Part shown: positions 16,301 to 24,258 of the stretch, one piece after another
Position numbering within the stretch: the first letter of the stretch is position 1
Layout: every line of letters begins with the position of its first letter
Source of the DNA: Patescibacteria group bacterium
Lineage (GTDB): Bacteria; Patescibacteriota; WWE3; CG2-30-40-12
Length of the DNA: 32,000 nucleotides
Assembly (NCBI GenBank): GCA_018817085.1
Contig: JAHIUT010000032.1
Coordinates: 1-32,000, forward strand
Direction of reading: 5' to 3'
Translations under genes and position numbers: made by a program
Notes under the pieces: model-generated
What the model was told of the DNA's origin: nothing
The model's input: only the letters and a program-made list of their open reading frames with translations
Database searches by the model: none

Positions 16301-16412
16301 CGTCATTGCGAGGAACCCTGAGCTTGTCGAAGGGGAACCCTGAGCTTGTCGAAGGGGAACCCTGAGCTTGTCGAAGGGGAACCCTGAGCTTGTCGAAGGG
16401 GACAAAGCAATC
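16301..16412. repeat. GTCATT...AATC-family element whose core is replaced or expanded by a tandem array
   Basis: The termini CGTCATTGCGAGG (16301-16313) and ACAAAGCAATC (16402-16412) match the termini of the element at 18126..18164. The interior consists of 4 tandem 22-nt units. Confidence 0.75.
16314..16401. repeat. tandem repeat, 4 x 22 nt (AACCCTGAGCTTGTCGAAGGGG)
   Basis: Four identical contiguous units lie at 16314-16335, 16336-16357, 16358-16379 and 16380-16401. The unit length is not a multiple of 3. Confidence 0.9.
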
Positions 16413-16418
16413 TTCCTT

Positions 16419-16538
16419 GTCATTCCAACCTACGAGTTGGAATCCAGACATTCCTTTCCTAGATTCCAGCTTTCGCTGGAATGACGAGTGAGTGGGATTG
16501 CTTCGTCGTTCGCCTACGGCTCGCTCCTCGCAATGACG
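16419..16538. repeat. three further GTCATT...AATC-family hairpin elements
   Basis: The three elements are GTCATTCCAACctacgaGTTGGAATC (16419-16444), GATTCCAGCtttcGCTGGAATGACG (16462-16486) and GATTGCTTCGTCG...CTCGCAATGACG (16496-16538). Confidence 0.8.
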
Positions 16539-16553
16539 CAGAGGATATACTTG

Positions 16554-17009
16554 CTAATCCTCCAACGCCGTTTCTAGGGAATTGTATGAAAAACCGCGGG
16601 AGAGAAGATAATTTTTAAGTACCCTCTTGTCTTTATAACTTTTAGACTTTTTACTAATCACCCTCTTTACAGCCTCTTTTTCCATATCCTTATATTCCGC
16701 ATCTTCCAAAAGCTCCTCCACTAAATCCTTATTCACCCCTTTAACAAAAAGCTCGCTTTTAATAATTCTAAAACCTTTAGGGTTTGAACTAATAAGCCGC
16801 CACTCTATAAAACTTCTCGCAAAATTTTCGTCATTAATCAAATTTAAATCCACAAGCGTTTTTATAATTTTTAAAGTGGCGCCTTCAATTTCTTCTGGAG
16901 ATTTTTTTTTATAAAGTTTTTCTTTGATGTAACTGGATATTTCTTTTTCGCTTCGGGGTCTAATTGAAATGTATCTTAAAACCTTATTAAAAAGAGAATT
17001 ATTTTCCAT
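16554..17009 (-). CDS. recX: recombination regulator RecX
   Basis: The 151-aa helical-repeat protein has [12 protein letters not shown] ... and overlaps the recA stop by 11 nt, the usual recA-recX arrangement. Confidence 0.8.
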   Translation of the reverse strand: MENNSLFNKVLRYISIRPRSEKEISSYIKEKLYKKKSPEEIEGATLKIIKTLVDLNLINDENFARSFIEWRLISSNPKGFRIIKSELFVKGVNKDLVEELLEDAEYKDMEKEAVKRVISKKSKSYKDKRVLKNYLLSRGFSYNSLETALED

Positions 17010-18060
17010 CGTCTATTAACGCCGCCTCCGCATCCTCGCCTATCTCAATAGGAGTAGCCACACCTCCTTTAACAACCAAGTTTCTTATTTTCTTCTCTAT
17101 TTCCTCGGCAATTTTTTTATTCTCTCGCAGGTAATTTTTGGCGCCTTCTCTGCCCTGCGCAAGATTATTTCCATTGTATATAAACCACGAACCGCTTTTC
17201 TTAACTACCTCAAACTCCACTCCCACATCAACTAAATTACCTTCTTTAGAAATACCTTCATTAAACATAATGTCAAATTCCGCAATTCTAAACGGGGGAG
17301 CCACCTTATTTTTAACCACCTTAACCTTAACCCTGTTTCCCGAAAAAGTGTTTCCATCTTTAATACTTTCCACCCGGCGAATCTCCATCCTAACGGAGGA
17401 ATAAAACTTTAGCGCGCGACCTCCCGGAGTAACTTCTGGGTTCCCAAACATAACGCCTATTTTTTCCCTTAACTGGTTTGTAAATATAACTGTGGTGTTA
17501 CTGCGCGAAACTGCGGCGGTGATTTTTCGCAGAGCTTGGCTCATAAGACGCGCCTGCAAGCCCATAAAACTATCTCCCATATCGCCTTCAATTTCCGCCC
17601 GCGGGGTTAAAGCCGCAACCGAATCTATAGCCACAACATCCACCGCTCCCGAACGGATTAATGTTTCGGCAATCTCTAAAGCTTGTTCTCCAGTATCTGG
17701 TTGGGAAATAAGCAAATTAGCTACATCCACCCCAATCCTTTTGGCGTACAAGGGGTCCAAAGCGTGTTCCGCGTCTATAAAAGCGGCAGTTCCGCCATTT
17801 TTTTGGGCTTCGGAAATTATATGAAGAACTAGAGTCGTTTTGCCCGAAGCTTCAGGACCAAATATTTCCACAATTCTTCCTCTGGGAACTCCACCAACAC
17901 CCAGCGCCAAATCAAGCGCTATAGAACCGGTGGAAATAACATCCATTTCACGATTTTTAGGACTGTCTCCAAGTTTCATTATGGCGCCTTTTCCAAAATT
18001 TTTTTCTATTTGACTTAACGCGCTTTGAAGAGCTTGGATTTTTTCACTTTGTTTCTCCAT
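16999..18060 (-). CDS. recA: recombinase RecA
   Basis: It has [13 protein letters not shown] (Walker A), [18 protein letters not shown]-type [10 protein letters not shown], and the L1/L2 loops. I chose the start at ATG 18060 ([15 protein letters not shown]). The 37-codon upstream extension in the track ORF runs through a repeat element. Confidence 0.97.
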   Translation of the reverse strand: MEKQSEKIQALQSALSQIEKNFGKGAIMKLGDSPKNREMDVISTGSIALDLALGVGGVPRGRIVEIFGPEASGKTTLVLHIISEAQKNGGTAAFIDAEHALDPLYAKRIGVDVANLLISQPDTGEQALEIAETLIRSGAVDVVAIDSVAALTPRAEIEGDMGDSFMGLQARLMSQALRKITAAVSRSNTTVIFTNQLREKIGVMFGNPEVTPGGRALKFYSSVRMEIRRVESIKDGNTFSGNRVKVKVVKNKVAPPFRIAEFDIMFNEGISKEGNLVDVGVEFEVVKKSGSWFIYNGNNLAQGREGAKNYLRENKKIAEEIEKKIRNLVVKGGVATPIEIGEDAEAALIDDGK

Positions 18061-18066
18061 AAAATT

Positions 18067-18095
18067 ATAATATATCCCAAAGGAATTATTGTAAA
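18067..18095 (-). promoter_or_regulatory. recA promoter: TTTACA-17-TATTAT, 6 nt from the ATG
   Basis: On the minus strand, TTTACA (18090-18095) is followed by a 17-nt spacer, TATTAT (18067-18072), then 6 nt to the ATG at 18060. There is no SD sequence. Confidence 0.5.
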
Positions 18096-18125
18096 GGGAA
18101 ACTTTCTGACTAGAGGGTTGCCCAT

Positions 18126-18223
18126 CGTCATTGCGAGAAGGAACGAAGTGACGACGAAGCAATCTCACCAAGATTGCTTTGTCTAGTTCCCTCGCTACGC
18201 TCGGGACAAGCCTCGCAATGACG
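18126..18223. repeat. head-to-head pair of GTCATT...AATC-family elements (composite palindrome)
   Basis: CGTCATTGCGAG...GAAGCAATC (18126-18164) is followed by a 7-nt spacer and then GATTGCTTT...CTCGCAATGACG (18172-18223). Confidence 0.8.
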
Positions 18224-18253
18224 GGGTATAAACTTGGAACATCGGCGCTTAAA

Positions 18254-19762
18254 CTACAAAATCTCCAAAATAAAACCCACCTTTATAGCGGGAAACTGCG
18301 GAAAAAGAAAAACCCCCGTCTCATTATCTTTTCCGGCAACATTAACTTCGTTTCTTCCTATTTTCAAATTCTTTATACTCCCGGAGTATAGTGGCTTTAA
18401 CTCCCCATCTTCTTTTACTTCTTTGGATTTTTTCAAATCCTCCAAACTCTCCCATACACAAACTTTATCCTTAACCTTTAATCTTCCCGCCAAAACCTTG
18501 CATCCCGCCACAATATCCCCGCTTTTGGGAAGCTTGAATTTGGCAATAACTTCCCCCCTACCCTTAATTTTTTCCTCCGCAAGCTCCAATAAACCATCTA
18601 ACGCCCCCTCTATATCTTCAAATAACCGATAGATTATTTTGTAGGTTCTAATTATAACTTTTGCTGATTTTGCCATATCTAAAACATTCCTGGGAACAGG
18701 TACGCTCAAACCTAATATGACAGCCCGAGAAGAGATGGCAAACAAAACATCCGATTCCGAAACAGGACCTACTCCTTCTTGCAGAATGTTTATAAAAGTA
18801 TCCTCTTTTTTTAGCGCTAAAAGAGTGGACCTTATAGCGTCTAAAGACCCGCGCGTATCCGCTTTTATTATTATATTAAGGGTCTTTCCACCACTCTTGA
18901 TTTCCTTAGCGGACGCGGTTTTCCCCATCTGCGCAAAACTTTCTGATTTAAAAAAGTTAGGGTCGGCGCTTATTACCGCGCCCAGTTTAACTGGTTTGGT
19001 AAAACCTAAAACCTCCATCGGTTCCCCCGGCAAAATTTTTTTCACACGCTTGCCTCTAAAATCCATTAGAGCTTTAATTTTGGTTTTCTGGCCATCTTGA
19101 GAATACGCCATATCGGAAACAGAAAGCTTACCAGTTTTAGCTATAACCGTGCATACCGCCCCCTTTTTGGGGTCCTTTCCCGATTCTATAACCACACCAT
19201 AAAAAGGTTCCGCAGTATTCGCCTTAAGTTCCATAATTTCGGCTACTAAAAGTATCAAATCAAGCAAAGCGTCCACACCGTTTCCCGTTTTAGCCGAGAT
19301 TTCCGCGCAGGAAACATCCCCACCCCAACCTTCTACCAAAATATTATTGTCCGCAAGCTGTTTTTTTACCTTATTTATATCCGCTCCGGGCAAGTCCATT
19401 TTGTTAAAAGCGATTATATAAGGGGTTTTAGAAGATTTTGCCAAATCAATAGCTTCAAGAGTTTGCGGCATAACTCCCTCGCCCGCCGCTATAACTATAA
19501 CAACAATATCCGCCGCCTTTTCCCCCATAGCGCGCATTTTAGCAAAAGCGGCATGCCCCGGGGTATCAATAAAAGTAATTTTTTTGTCTTTAATTTCAAC
19601 TTGATAAGCCCCTATTTTCTGAGTTATTCCCCCAACCTCTTTTTCGGCTATTTTAGTTTTGCGAATATAATCAAGGAGAGTAGTTTTTCCGTGGTCAACA
19701 TGACCCATTATGGTAATGACAGGTGGTTTCTCTATTAAATTCCCGCTGGTTTGTGGAGTCAT
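18254..19762 (-). CDS. infB: translation initiation factor IF-2 (short form lacking the long N-terminal region)
   Basis: It has [27 protein letters not shown] and NKMD, followed by IF-2 domains II to C2. I chose the ATG at 19762 (MTPQTSG). The track ORF starts at a TTG inside a palindrome. Confidence 0.93.
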   Translation of the reverse strand: MTPQTSGNLIEKPPVITIMGHVDHGKTTLLDYIRKTKIAEKEVGGITQKIGAYQVEIKDKKITFIDTPGHAAFAKMRAMGEKAADIVVIVIAAGEGVMPQTLEAIDLAKSSKTPYIIAFNKMDLPGADINKVKKQLADNNILVEGWGGDVSCAEISAKTGNGVDALLDLILLVAEIMELKANTAEPFYGVVIESGKDPKKGAVCTVIAKTGKLSVSDMAYSQDGQKTKIKALMDFRGKRVKKILPGEPMEVLGFTKPVKLGAVISADPNFFKSESFAQMGKTASAKEIKSGGKTLNIIIKADTRGSLDAIRSTLLALKKEDTFINILQEGVGPVSESDVLFAISSRAVILGLSVPVPRNVLDMAKSAKVIIRTYKIIYRLFEDIEGALDGLLELAEEKIKGRGEVIAKFKLPKSGDIVAGCKVLAGRLKVKDKVCVWESLEDLKKSKEVKEDGELKPLYSGSIKNLKIGRNEVNVAGKDNETGVFLFPQFPAIKVGFILEIL

Positions 19763-19797
19763 ATTAGAGTTTAAGGGGTCAGACCCCAATGAATTTC

Positions 19798-20853
19798 CTA
19801 TTTCTTCTCTTTTTTTTCTTTTTTAACCTTCTTATCCTTTTTAACTTTAGAGGATTTTGCCTTCTCTTTCACAACCTTTTCCTTGTCTTTGCTATCTTCT
19901 TTCTTTTCCACGCCACTGCCGTCACCTTTTATATCTATTTTCCAGCCGGTTAATTTTGCGGCAAGCCTAACATTTTGACCATCTTTTCCTATAGCTAGCG
20001 AAAGCTGGTCGTCGGGAACTACAACTTCCGACTCTCTTCTCTTCTCGTCAACTTTTATACTCACCACTTTGGCAGGAGAAAGGCTAGCGATTATAAATTT
20101 ACCTATATCCTCGTTAAAACTTATGATGTCAATTTTTTCTTCCCCAAGTTCCGAAACAATGGTTTGAACTCTAACCCCTTTTTGACCCACGCAAGCTCCA
20201 ACCGGGTCCACTCTTTCGTCAGAGGAAGAAACCGCCATTTTGGTTCGACTACCCGCTTCCCGCGCTATAATTTCTACTTTAACAGCTCCGCTTGATATTT
20301 CTGGAACTTCTTGGGTAAACAGCGCCTCAATAAATTTGGGAGTACTCCTTGAAACTATAACCTCATCACCTTTTGGTCCCTGCGCAATTTCTTTAACTAA
20401 AACTTTAATTTTTCGGTTAGCCAGATATGTTTCGGTAGGCACTTGCTCGTTAACCGGCATAACGCCTTGCGCCCTGCCCAAGTCCAAAATAACCACATTT
20501 CTGTCAACTCTAAAAATGTATCCCGAAACTATTTGACCTATTTTCTTTTTGTAGTCCTCAATAATGGTTTGTTTTTCGGTTTCTCTTATTTTCTGCAAAA
20601 TTACTTGTTTTGCGGTTTGAGCGGCGATTCTGCCAAATCCGGGCGGGGTAGCGTCTTTTCCGGCAACCAGTATATGAACTTCCCCGGTTAAGGCGTCCAC
20701 TTGCGGGTCAATATCGTCAGTGGGAACACCGGGAAAATCCTTTTTATAGGCGGATATCAGAGCTAGTTTTATGGAATTAATTACAGATTCGGAGGAAATT
20801 CCCCGTTCCGAGGCAACTTGATTTAAAGCCGCGTTAAATTCTGTTATAGCCAT
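19798..20853 (-). CDS. nusA: transcription termination/antitermination factor NusA (with a Lys-rich C-terminal tail)
   Basis: It has the NusA N-terminal domain, an S1 domain (GQIVSGYIFRVDRNVVILDLG) and two KH domains (GACVGQKGVRVQ, AIGKDGQNVRLA). Confidence 0.95.
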   Translation of the reverse strand: MAITEFNAALNQVASERGISSESVINSIKLALISAYKKDFPGVPTDDIDPQVDALTGEVHILVAGKDATPPGFGRIAAQTAKQVILQKIRETEKQTIIEDYKKKIGQIVSGYIFRVDRNVVILDLGRAQGVMPVNEQVPTETYLANRKIKVLVKEIAQGPKGDEVIVSRSTPKFIEALFTQEVPEISSGAVKVEIIAREAGSRTKMAVSSSDERVDPVGACVGQKGVRVQTIVSELGEEKIDIISFNEDIGKFIIASLSPAKVVSIKVDEKRRESEVVVPDDQLSLAIGKDGQNVRLAAKLTGWKIDIKGDGSGVEKKEDSKDKEKVVKEKAKSSKVKKDKKVKKEKKEKK

Positions 20854-20876
20854 AATTAAAAAAAGAGGTAAGTTTA

Positions 20877-20905
20877 ATCTTACCCTACAATTGTAACTGT
20901 ATCAA
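20877..20905 (-). promoter_or_regulatory. nusA promoter: TTGATA-17-TAAGAT
   Basis: On the minus strand, TTGATA (20900-20905) is followed by a 17-nt spacer and TAAGAT (20877-20882). There are 23 nt from the -10 box to the ATG at 20853, with no SD. Confidence 0.4.
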
Positions 20906-20946
20906 AACAAACTCCCCGCGTCAATCCGCAATTCGGGTCGCAATTC

Positions 20947-20972
20947 GGGATAATCCCAAACGGGATTATCCC
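20947..20972 (-). terminator. perfect 11-bp stem-loop at the end of the membrane-protein gene
   Basis: GGGATAATCCC (20947-20957), AAAC loop, GGGATTATCCC (20962-20972). It overlaps the stop codon by 1 nt and has no clear U-tract. Confidence 0.45.
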
Positions 20973-21313
20973 TATTTAGAAATCAAAGCTAGGATAAGTC
21001 CAAGGAGAATAAAGACCAATAACCAAAGGGCGGTAAGACTAACAAGTTTTAGGGCTTTTTTAGTTTTCTTTTCTTCCCAAAAAATGAAGAAGGGATAACC
21101 CAATGTTACTAAAGCGCAAACAAGAGCGGAAAAAGAAAAAATAATAAGGAATAGAACAGGGCCCCAATAGTTAGGCGTATTTCCAAACAAGTTGTTTCCT
21201 TGCCAAAAAAGTAAGCTTACCAACCCGCAATAAAAAACAAGACCCAAAGCTTGCAAGAACCCAACAAATTCTAAGGATAACGGTTTTTTACTTCTCATAA
21301 ATTTCATATCCAC
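20972..21313 (-). CDS. small integral membrane protein (hypothetical, about 4 TM segments)
   Basis: The 113-aa protein has hydrophobic segments FVGFLQALGLVFYCGLVSLLF, GPVLFLIIFSFSALVCALVTLGY and SLTALWLLVFILLGLILALI. I recognise no family. Confidence 0.5.
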   Translation of the reverse strand: MDMKFMRSKKPLSLEFVGFLQALGLVFYCGLVSLLFWQGNNLFGNTPNYWGPVLFLIIFSFSALVCALVTLGYPFFIFWEEKKTKKALKLVSLTALWLLVFILLGLILALISK

Positions 21314-21352
21314 ATAATAACATATTTTACAAAGGGTGCTCTTTAGCCAAAT

Positions 21353-22165
21353 TCAAAGGTATTTCTCCAAATGGATTTGGGTTTCGGAAACTTTTTTGGT
21401 TTTAAGAAACCCCAATACCGCCTGCATCATCGCGGGATTTCCGCAAAGAAAAATTTCCGTATTCTTTACCTCGTCTAAATCCTTTTCAAAAAGTTCGGGA
21501 ATGTATTTCGTGTTCCCTTTCCAATCTTTATCGGGACGAGAAATGGTTACAACATACCTAAAGTTGGGGTATTTTTTCTCCAAACTCTCAAAAACATCTT
21601 TATATAAAATATCCTCTTTTAACTTCGTGCCGAAATAAAGAACAGATTTGGCATTGGGTGCCCTTTCGTACAAATTAAGAATATGACTTTTTATGGGAGC
21701 AATACCAGAACCCGTTGCCAAAAAATAATAAGTGGTATCCAAATTTATTTTTGCGGGCAGAACAAAAAACCCCAAAGGCGCTATAAAATTAACAAAATCC
21801 CCCACTTTCAAATCCCTAAAAAACTGTCCGCCAGGTCCTTTAGTGCTGTAATCCACACAAAGCTCAATTTTGTTTTTTTCGCTCGGAGAACTTGCTATGG
21901 AGTACGCTCTTCTCACCCCGCCTCCAACATCCACAGATACATATTGACCCGCGGTAAATTCCAACACTTTTGGTTTTTCCAAATGAAGCTCTGCGCGGCA
22001 AGCCGCGCAGTATCTTCTTTTGCTCGCTTCGCGAGGGAAATCCGCTCTCATCTGCGGAGCAAGCTCCACAGTTTTCTCGCTCACAAAATAAAAGTCCATA
22101 ATAAAAAACCGCGTGCCGAATTTTTCTTTTTTGGTTACAAGAGAAACAAAATTTTCAGGATGCAT
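21353..22165 (-). CDS. FNR-like FAD/NAD(P)H oxidoreductase (ferredoxin-NADP reductase superfamily), last gene of the suf operon
   Basis: It has the FAD motif RRAYSIAS, GGQFFRDLKVGD, the NAD(P) motif FLATGSGIAPI, and a C-terminal FLCGNPAMM. It overlaps the sufU stop by 11 nt. Confidence 0.75.
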   Translation of the reverse strand: MHPENFVSLVTKKEKFGTRFFIMDFYFVSEKTVELAPQMRADFPREASKRRYCAACRAELHLEKPKVLEFTAGQYVSVDVGGGVRRAYSIASSPSEKNKIELCVDYSTKGPGGQFFRDLKVGDFVNFIAPLGFFVLPAKINLDTTYYFLATGSGIAPIKSHILNLYERAPNAKSVLYFGTKLKEDILYKDVFESLEKKYPNFRYVVTISRPDKDWKGNTKYIPELFEKDLDEVKNTEIFLCGNPAMMQAVLGFLKTKKVSETQIHLEKYL

Positions 22166-22523
22166 TGATTTTCTTTAGCGCCTTTAATGGAAGAAGAGCG
22201 CAACCAATTCTAGCGGGAGTTATCTCTCCTCCCAATAAATTCAAAACAAACTTGTCGTCAATTTTATCAAGAACTTTAACACTCTTTCCCTTTAAATAAT
22301 CCGTTAAAAGCGATGCGGACGCCGTAACCAACGCGCACCCACTCCCGTTAAACTTTATGTCTTTAATCTTATCATCTTTAATATCCAAAGTTAATTCTAT
22401 GGTGTCTCCGCACAACAAATTTTTTTCTAAAACACCTAAAGAGGGGTTTTTAATAATACCCTTGTTATGCGGATTTTTAAAATGTTCCAAAATTTCTTCT
22501 TTGTACATTGCATTAAACCTCAA
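22155..22523 (-). CDS. sufU: SUF-type Fe-S cluster scaffold/sulfur-transfer protein SufU (NifU/IscU-like)
   Basis: It has ILEHFKNPHNKG, NLLCGDTIEL, GSGCALVTASASLL and GCALLPLKAL. Confidence 0.85.
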   Translation of the reverse strand: MRFNAMYKEEILEHFKNPHNKGIIKNPSLGVLEKNLLCGDTIELTLDIKDDKIKDIKFNGSGCALVTASASLLTDYLKGKSVKVLDKIDDKFVLNLLGGEITPARIGCALLPLKALKKINAS

Positions 22524-23770
22524 ACATTAAATATCTTCTTCGCTTTGTTTATGCCTTCAATCAACGCATCCACATCCTCTTTATTATTATACAAATAAAA
22601 ACTTGCCCGGGCAGTTGCGGACAAACACAGCCGTTGGTGCAAAGGCATAGCGCAATGATGCCCGCTTCTTATTGCTATCCCTTCCGAATCCAAAACGCTT
22701 GCTAAGTCGTGAGGATGAATCCCCATTACATTAAAAGAAATTACCCCGCTTCTTTTAGAAACATCCTTTGGTCCATACATACCCACACCGGGTGTGGGTA
22801 TGAGCTTATCAATACAATAAGAAACCAAGCTTTTTTCGTATTCTTCTATTTTATCCATTCCTACTTTTTCCAAATAATCCAAAGCCGCGCCAAATCCTAT
22901 CACTCCCGCAATATCCGGAGTGCCGGCGTTAAATTTATCGGGTAGGTCTGCCCATACCGCTTTGTCAAAATACACCTCTTTTATCATTCCTCCGCCAAAA
23001 AAGACGGGGGGCAGTTTTTTCAAAATATCCTCCTTTGCCCATAAAACCCCCACCCCAAGAGGACCAAGCATTTTATGGGAAGAAAAGGCGTAAAAATCGC
23101 AACCCAAATTCTGGACATTTATTTTGGTATGAGGAACAGCTTGCGCCCCATCAACTAAAATAAGCGCGGAAGAACGGGATTTTACTAAACGGACAATATC
23201 TTTAATTGGATTTATGGTGCCCAAAACATTGGATATGTGGGAAACCGCAACCACTTTTGTCTTTTTGTTAAGTAAGGACTTAAGATGGTCCAAATCCAAA
23301 GTTCCGTCTTTTCTAATACGCACAATTTTTAAATTTTTAACATTGCTTAAACCAAAAATATTCCTCTCCTTGCTCAAAACATTCATCCAGGGAAGGATAT
23401 TCGCGTGATGCTCCATTTCGGTTATAATAATTTCTCCATCATCCTTCCAAAACCTCCCATTTTTTATGCAGACGGCCACCATATTTATCGCCATTGTCGT
23501 ACCCGATGTAAAAACAATTTCGTTTGGAGAATGGGCATTTATGAAGTGGGCGGTTTTTTTATATACCCCATCAAACATTTTCGAGGCCTCTTCGCTTAAA
23601 GTATGAATTCCCCGATGGATGTTTGCATTATGGTTTAGATAAAAATCCGAAATAGCGTCCACAACCACACGGGGCTTTTGGGTGGTGGCGGCATTGTCAA
23701 GATAAACAAGTCTTTTGCCGTTTATTTTTCTATTTAGTATTGGAAAATCTTTTTTCACTGTAGTTATCAT
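22520..23770 (-). CDS. sufS: cysteine desulfurase SufS (class II aminotransferase V)
   Basis: It has YLDNAATTQKP, HHANILPW, FSSHKMLGPLGVGVLW (PLP Lys) and RSGHHCAMPL (catalytic Cys). Confidence 0.95.
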   Translation of the reverse strand: MITTVKKDFPILNRKINGKRLVYLDNAATTQKPRVVVDAISDFYLNHNANIHRGIHTLSEEASKMFDGVYKKTAHFINAHSPNEIVFTSGTTMAINMVAVCIKNGRFWKDDGEIIITEMEHHANILPWMNVLSKERNIFGLSNVKNLKIVRIRKDGTLDLDHLKSLLNKKTKVVAVSHISNVLGTINPIKDIVRLVKSRSSALILVDGAQAVPHTKINVQNLGCDFYAFSSHKMLGPLGVGVLWAKEDILKKLPPVFFGGGMIKEVYFDKAVWADLPDKFNAGTPDIAGVIGFGAALDYLEKVGMDKIEEYEKSLVSYCIDKLIPTPGVGMYGPKDVSKRSGVISFNVMGIHPHDLASVLDSEGIAIRSGHHCAMPLHQRLCLSATARASFYLYNNKEDVDALIEGINKAKKIFNV

Positions 23771-23775
23771 ATATT

Positions 23776-24249
23776 TTAGGGTTCAACCCTAACAAATCCC
23801 TGCGCGATAAGGTTTTCTGCAAAAACCTTGCTTAAACCGCGAGACATTAAATAAAAAGTTTCCTTCTCGGACGGTTTGGAAATAGAAACACTATGAGAAC
23901 ATTTTACATCATTATTCTCTATTTCAAGCGCGGGACTTGCGATAACTTTGCAACCTCTCCCCACCAAAAGAACTTTCAAAGACAAGTTGGAGTCGCAATT
24001 TGTAACATTTTTCTCCACTTTTACATTCCCTCTAAAGGTAAGTTCCGCATTATCGTATAGCACCGCTTTAACCAGAACCTTAGCCAAACTATTTTTTGCC
24101 TTATGGACAACAGTTGCGTCCACATTAAGCATCTCGTTCTTTTTAAGAACAATCGTCTCCACCACAGAAACAGCCTCCTCTGATTCTTTCAGTTCCAGAT
24201 TTAGTTTTTTCTCCCCCTTTTTTGGATTTGTGAATTTGTATTTTGTCAT
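23776..24249 (-). CDS. sufD: SufD-like protein, C-terminal beta-helix/helical part only (157 aa)
   Basis: FRGNVKVEKNVTNCDSNLSLKVLLVGRGCKVIASPALEIENNDVKCSHSVSISKPSEKETFYLMSRGL matches the conserved SufB/D core and C-terminus. It is only about one third of the usual SufD length. Confidence 0.65.
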   Translation of the reverse strand: MTKYKFTNPKKGEKKLNLELKESEEAVSVVETIVLKKNEMLNVDATVVHKAKNSLAKVLVKAVLYDNAELTFRGNVKVEKNVTNCDSNLSLKVLLVGRGCKVIASPALEIENNDVKCSHSVSISKPSEKETFYLMSRGLSKVFAENLIAQGFVRVEP

Positions 24250-24258
24250 TTTAATTTT

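Noticed and set aside
16314-16401. The four perfect 22-nt repeats might have been a small CRISPR array.
   Set aside because: The units are directly contiguous with no spacers, there are only four of them at 22 nt each, no cas genes are in the window, and the array is nested inside a GTCATT...AATC repeat element. I call it a tandem repeat.
16218-16451. The 77-aa minus-strand ORF (and similarly 12099..12299, 66 aa) as protein-coding genes.
   Set aside because: They are read straight through the intergenic repeat elements and the tandem array. The 22-nt unit forces the frame to rotate, giving PFDKLRVP... in different registers. They have no start context and no recognisable fold. They are spurious.
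18061-18171. The 37-codon N-terminal extension of recA ([18 protein letters not shown]...).
   Set aside because: The extension is translated from the repeat element and the promoter region. Canonical RecA begins at [11 protein letters not shown] (ATG 18060), which has a TTTACA-17-TATTAT promoter 6 nt upstream.
19763-19789. The upstream TTG start for infB (MGSDPLNSN...).
   Set aside because: The TTG lies inside the GGGGTCAGACCCC palindrome. The in-frame ATG at 19762 is a more plausible start.
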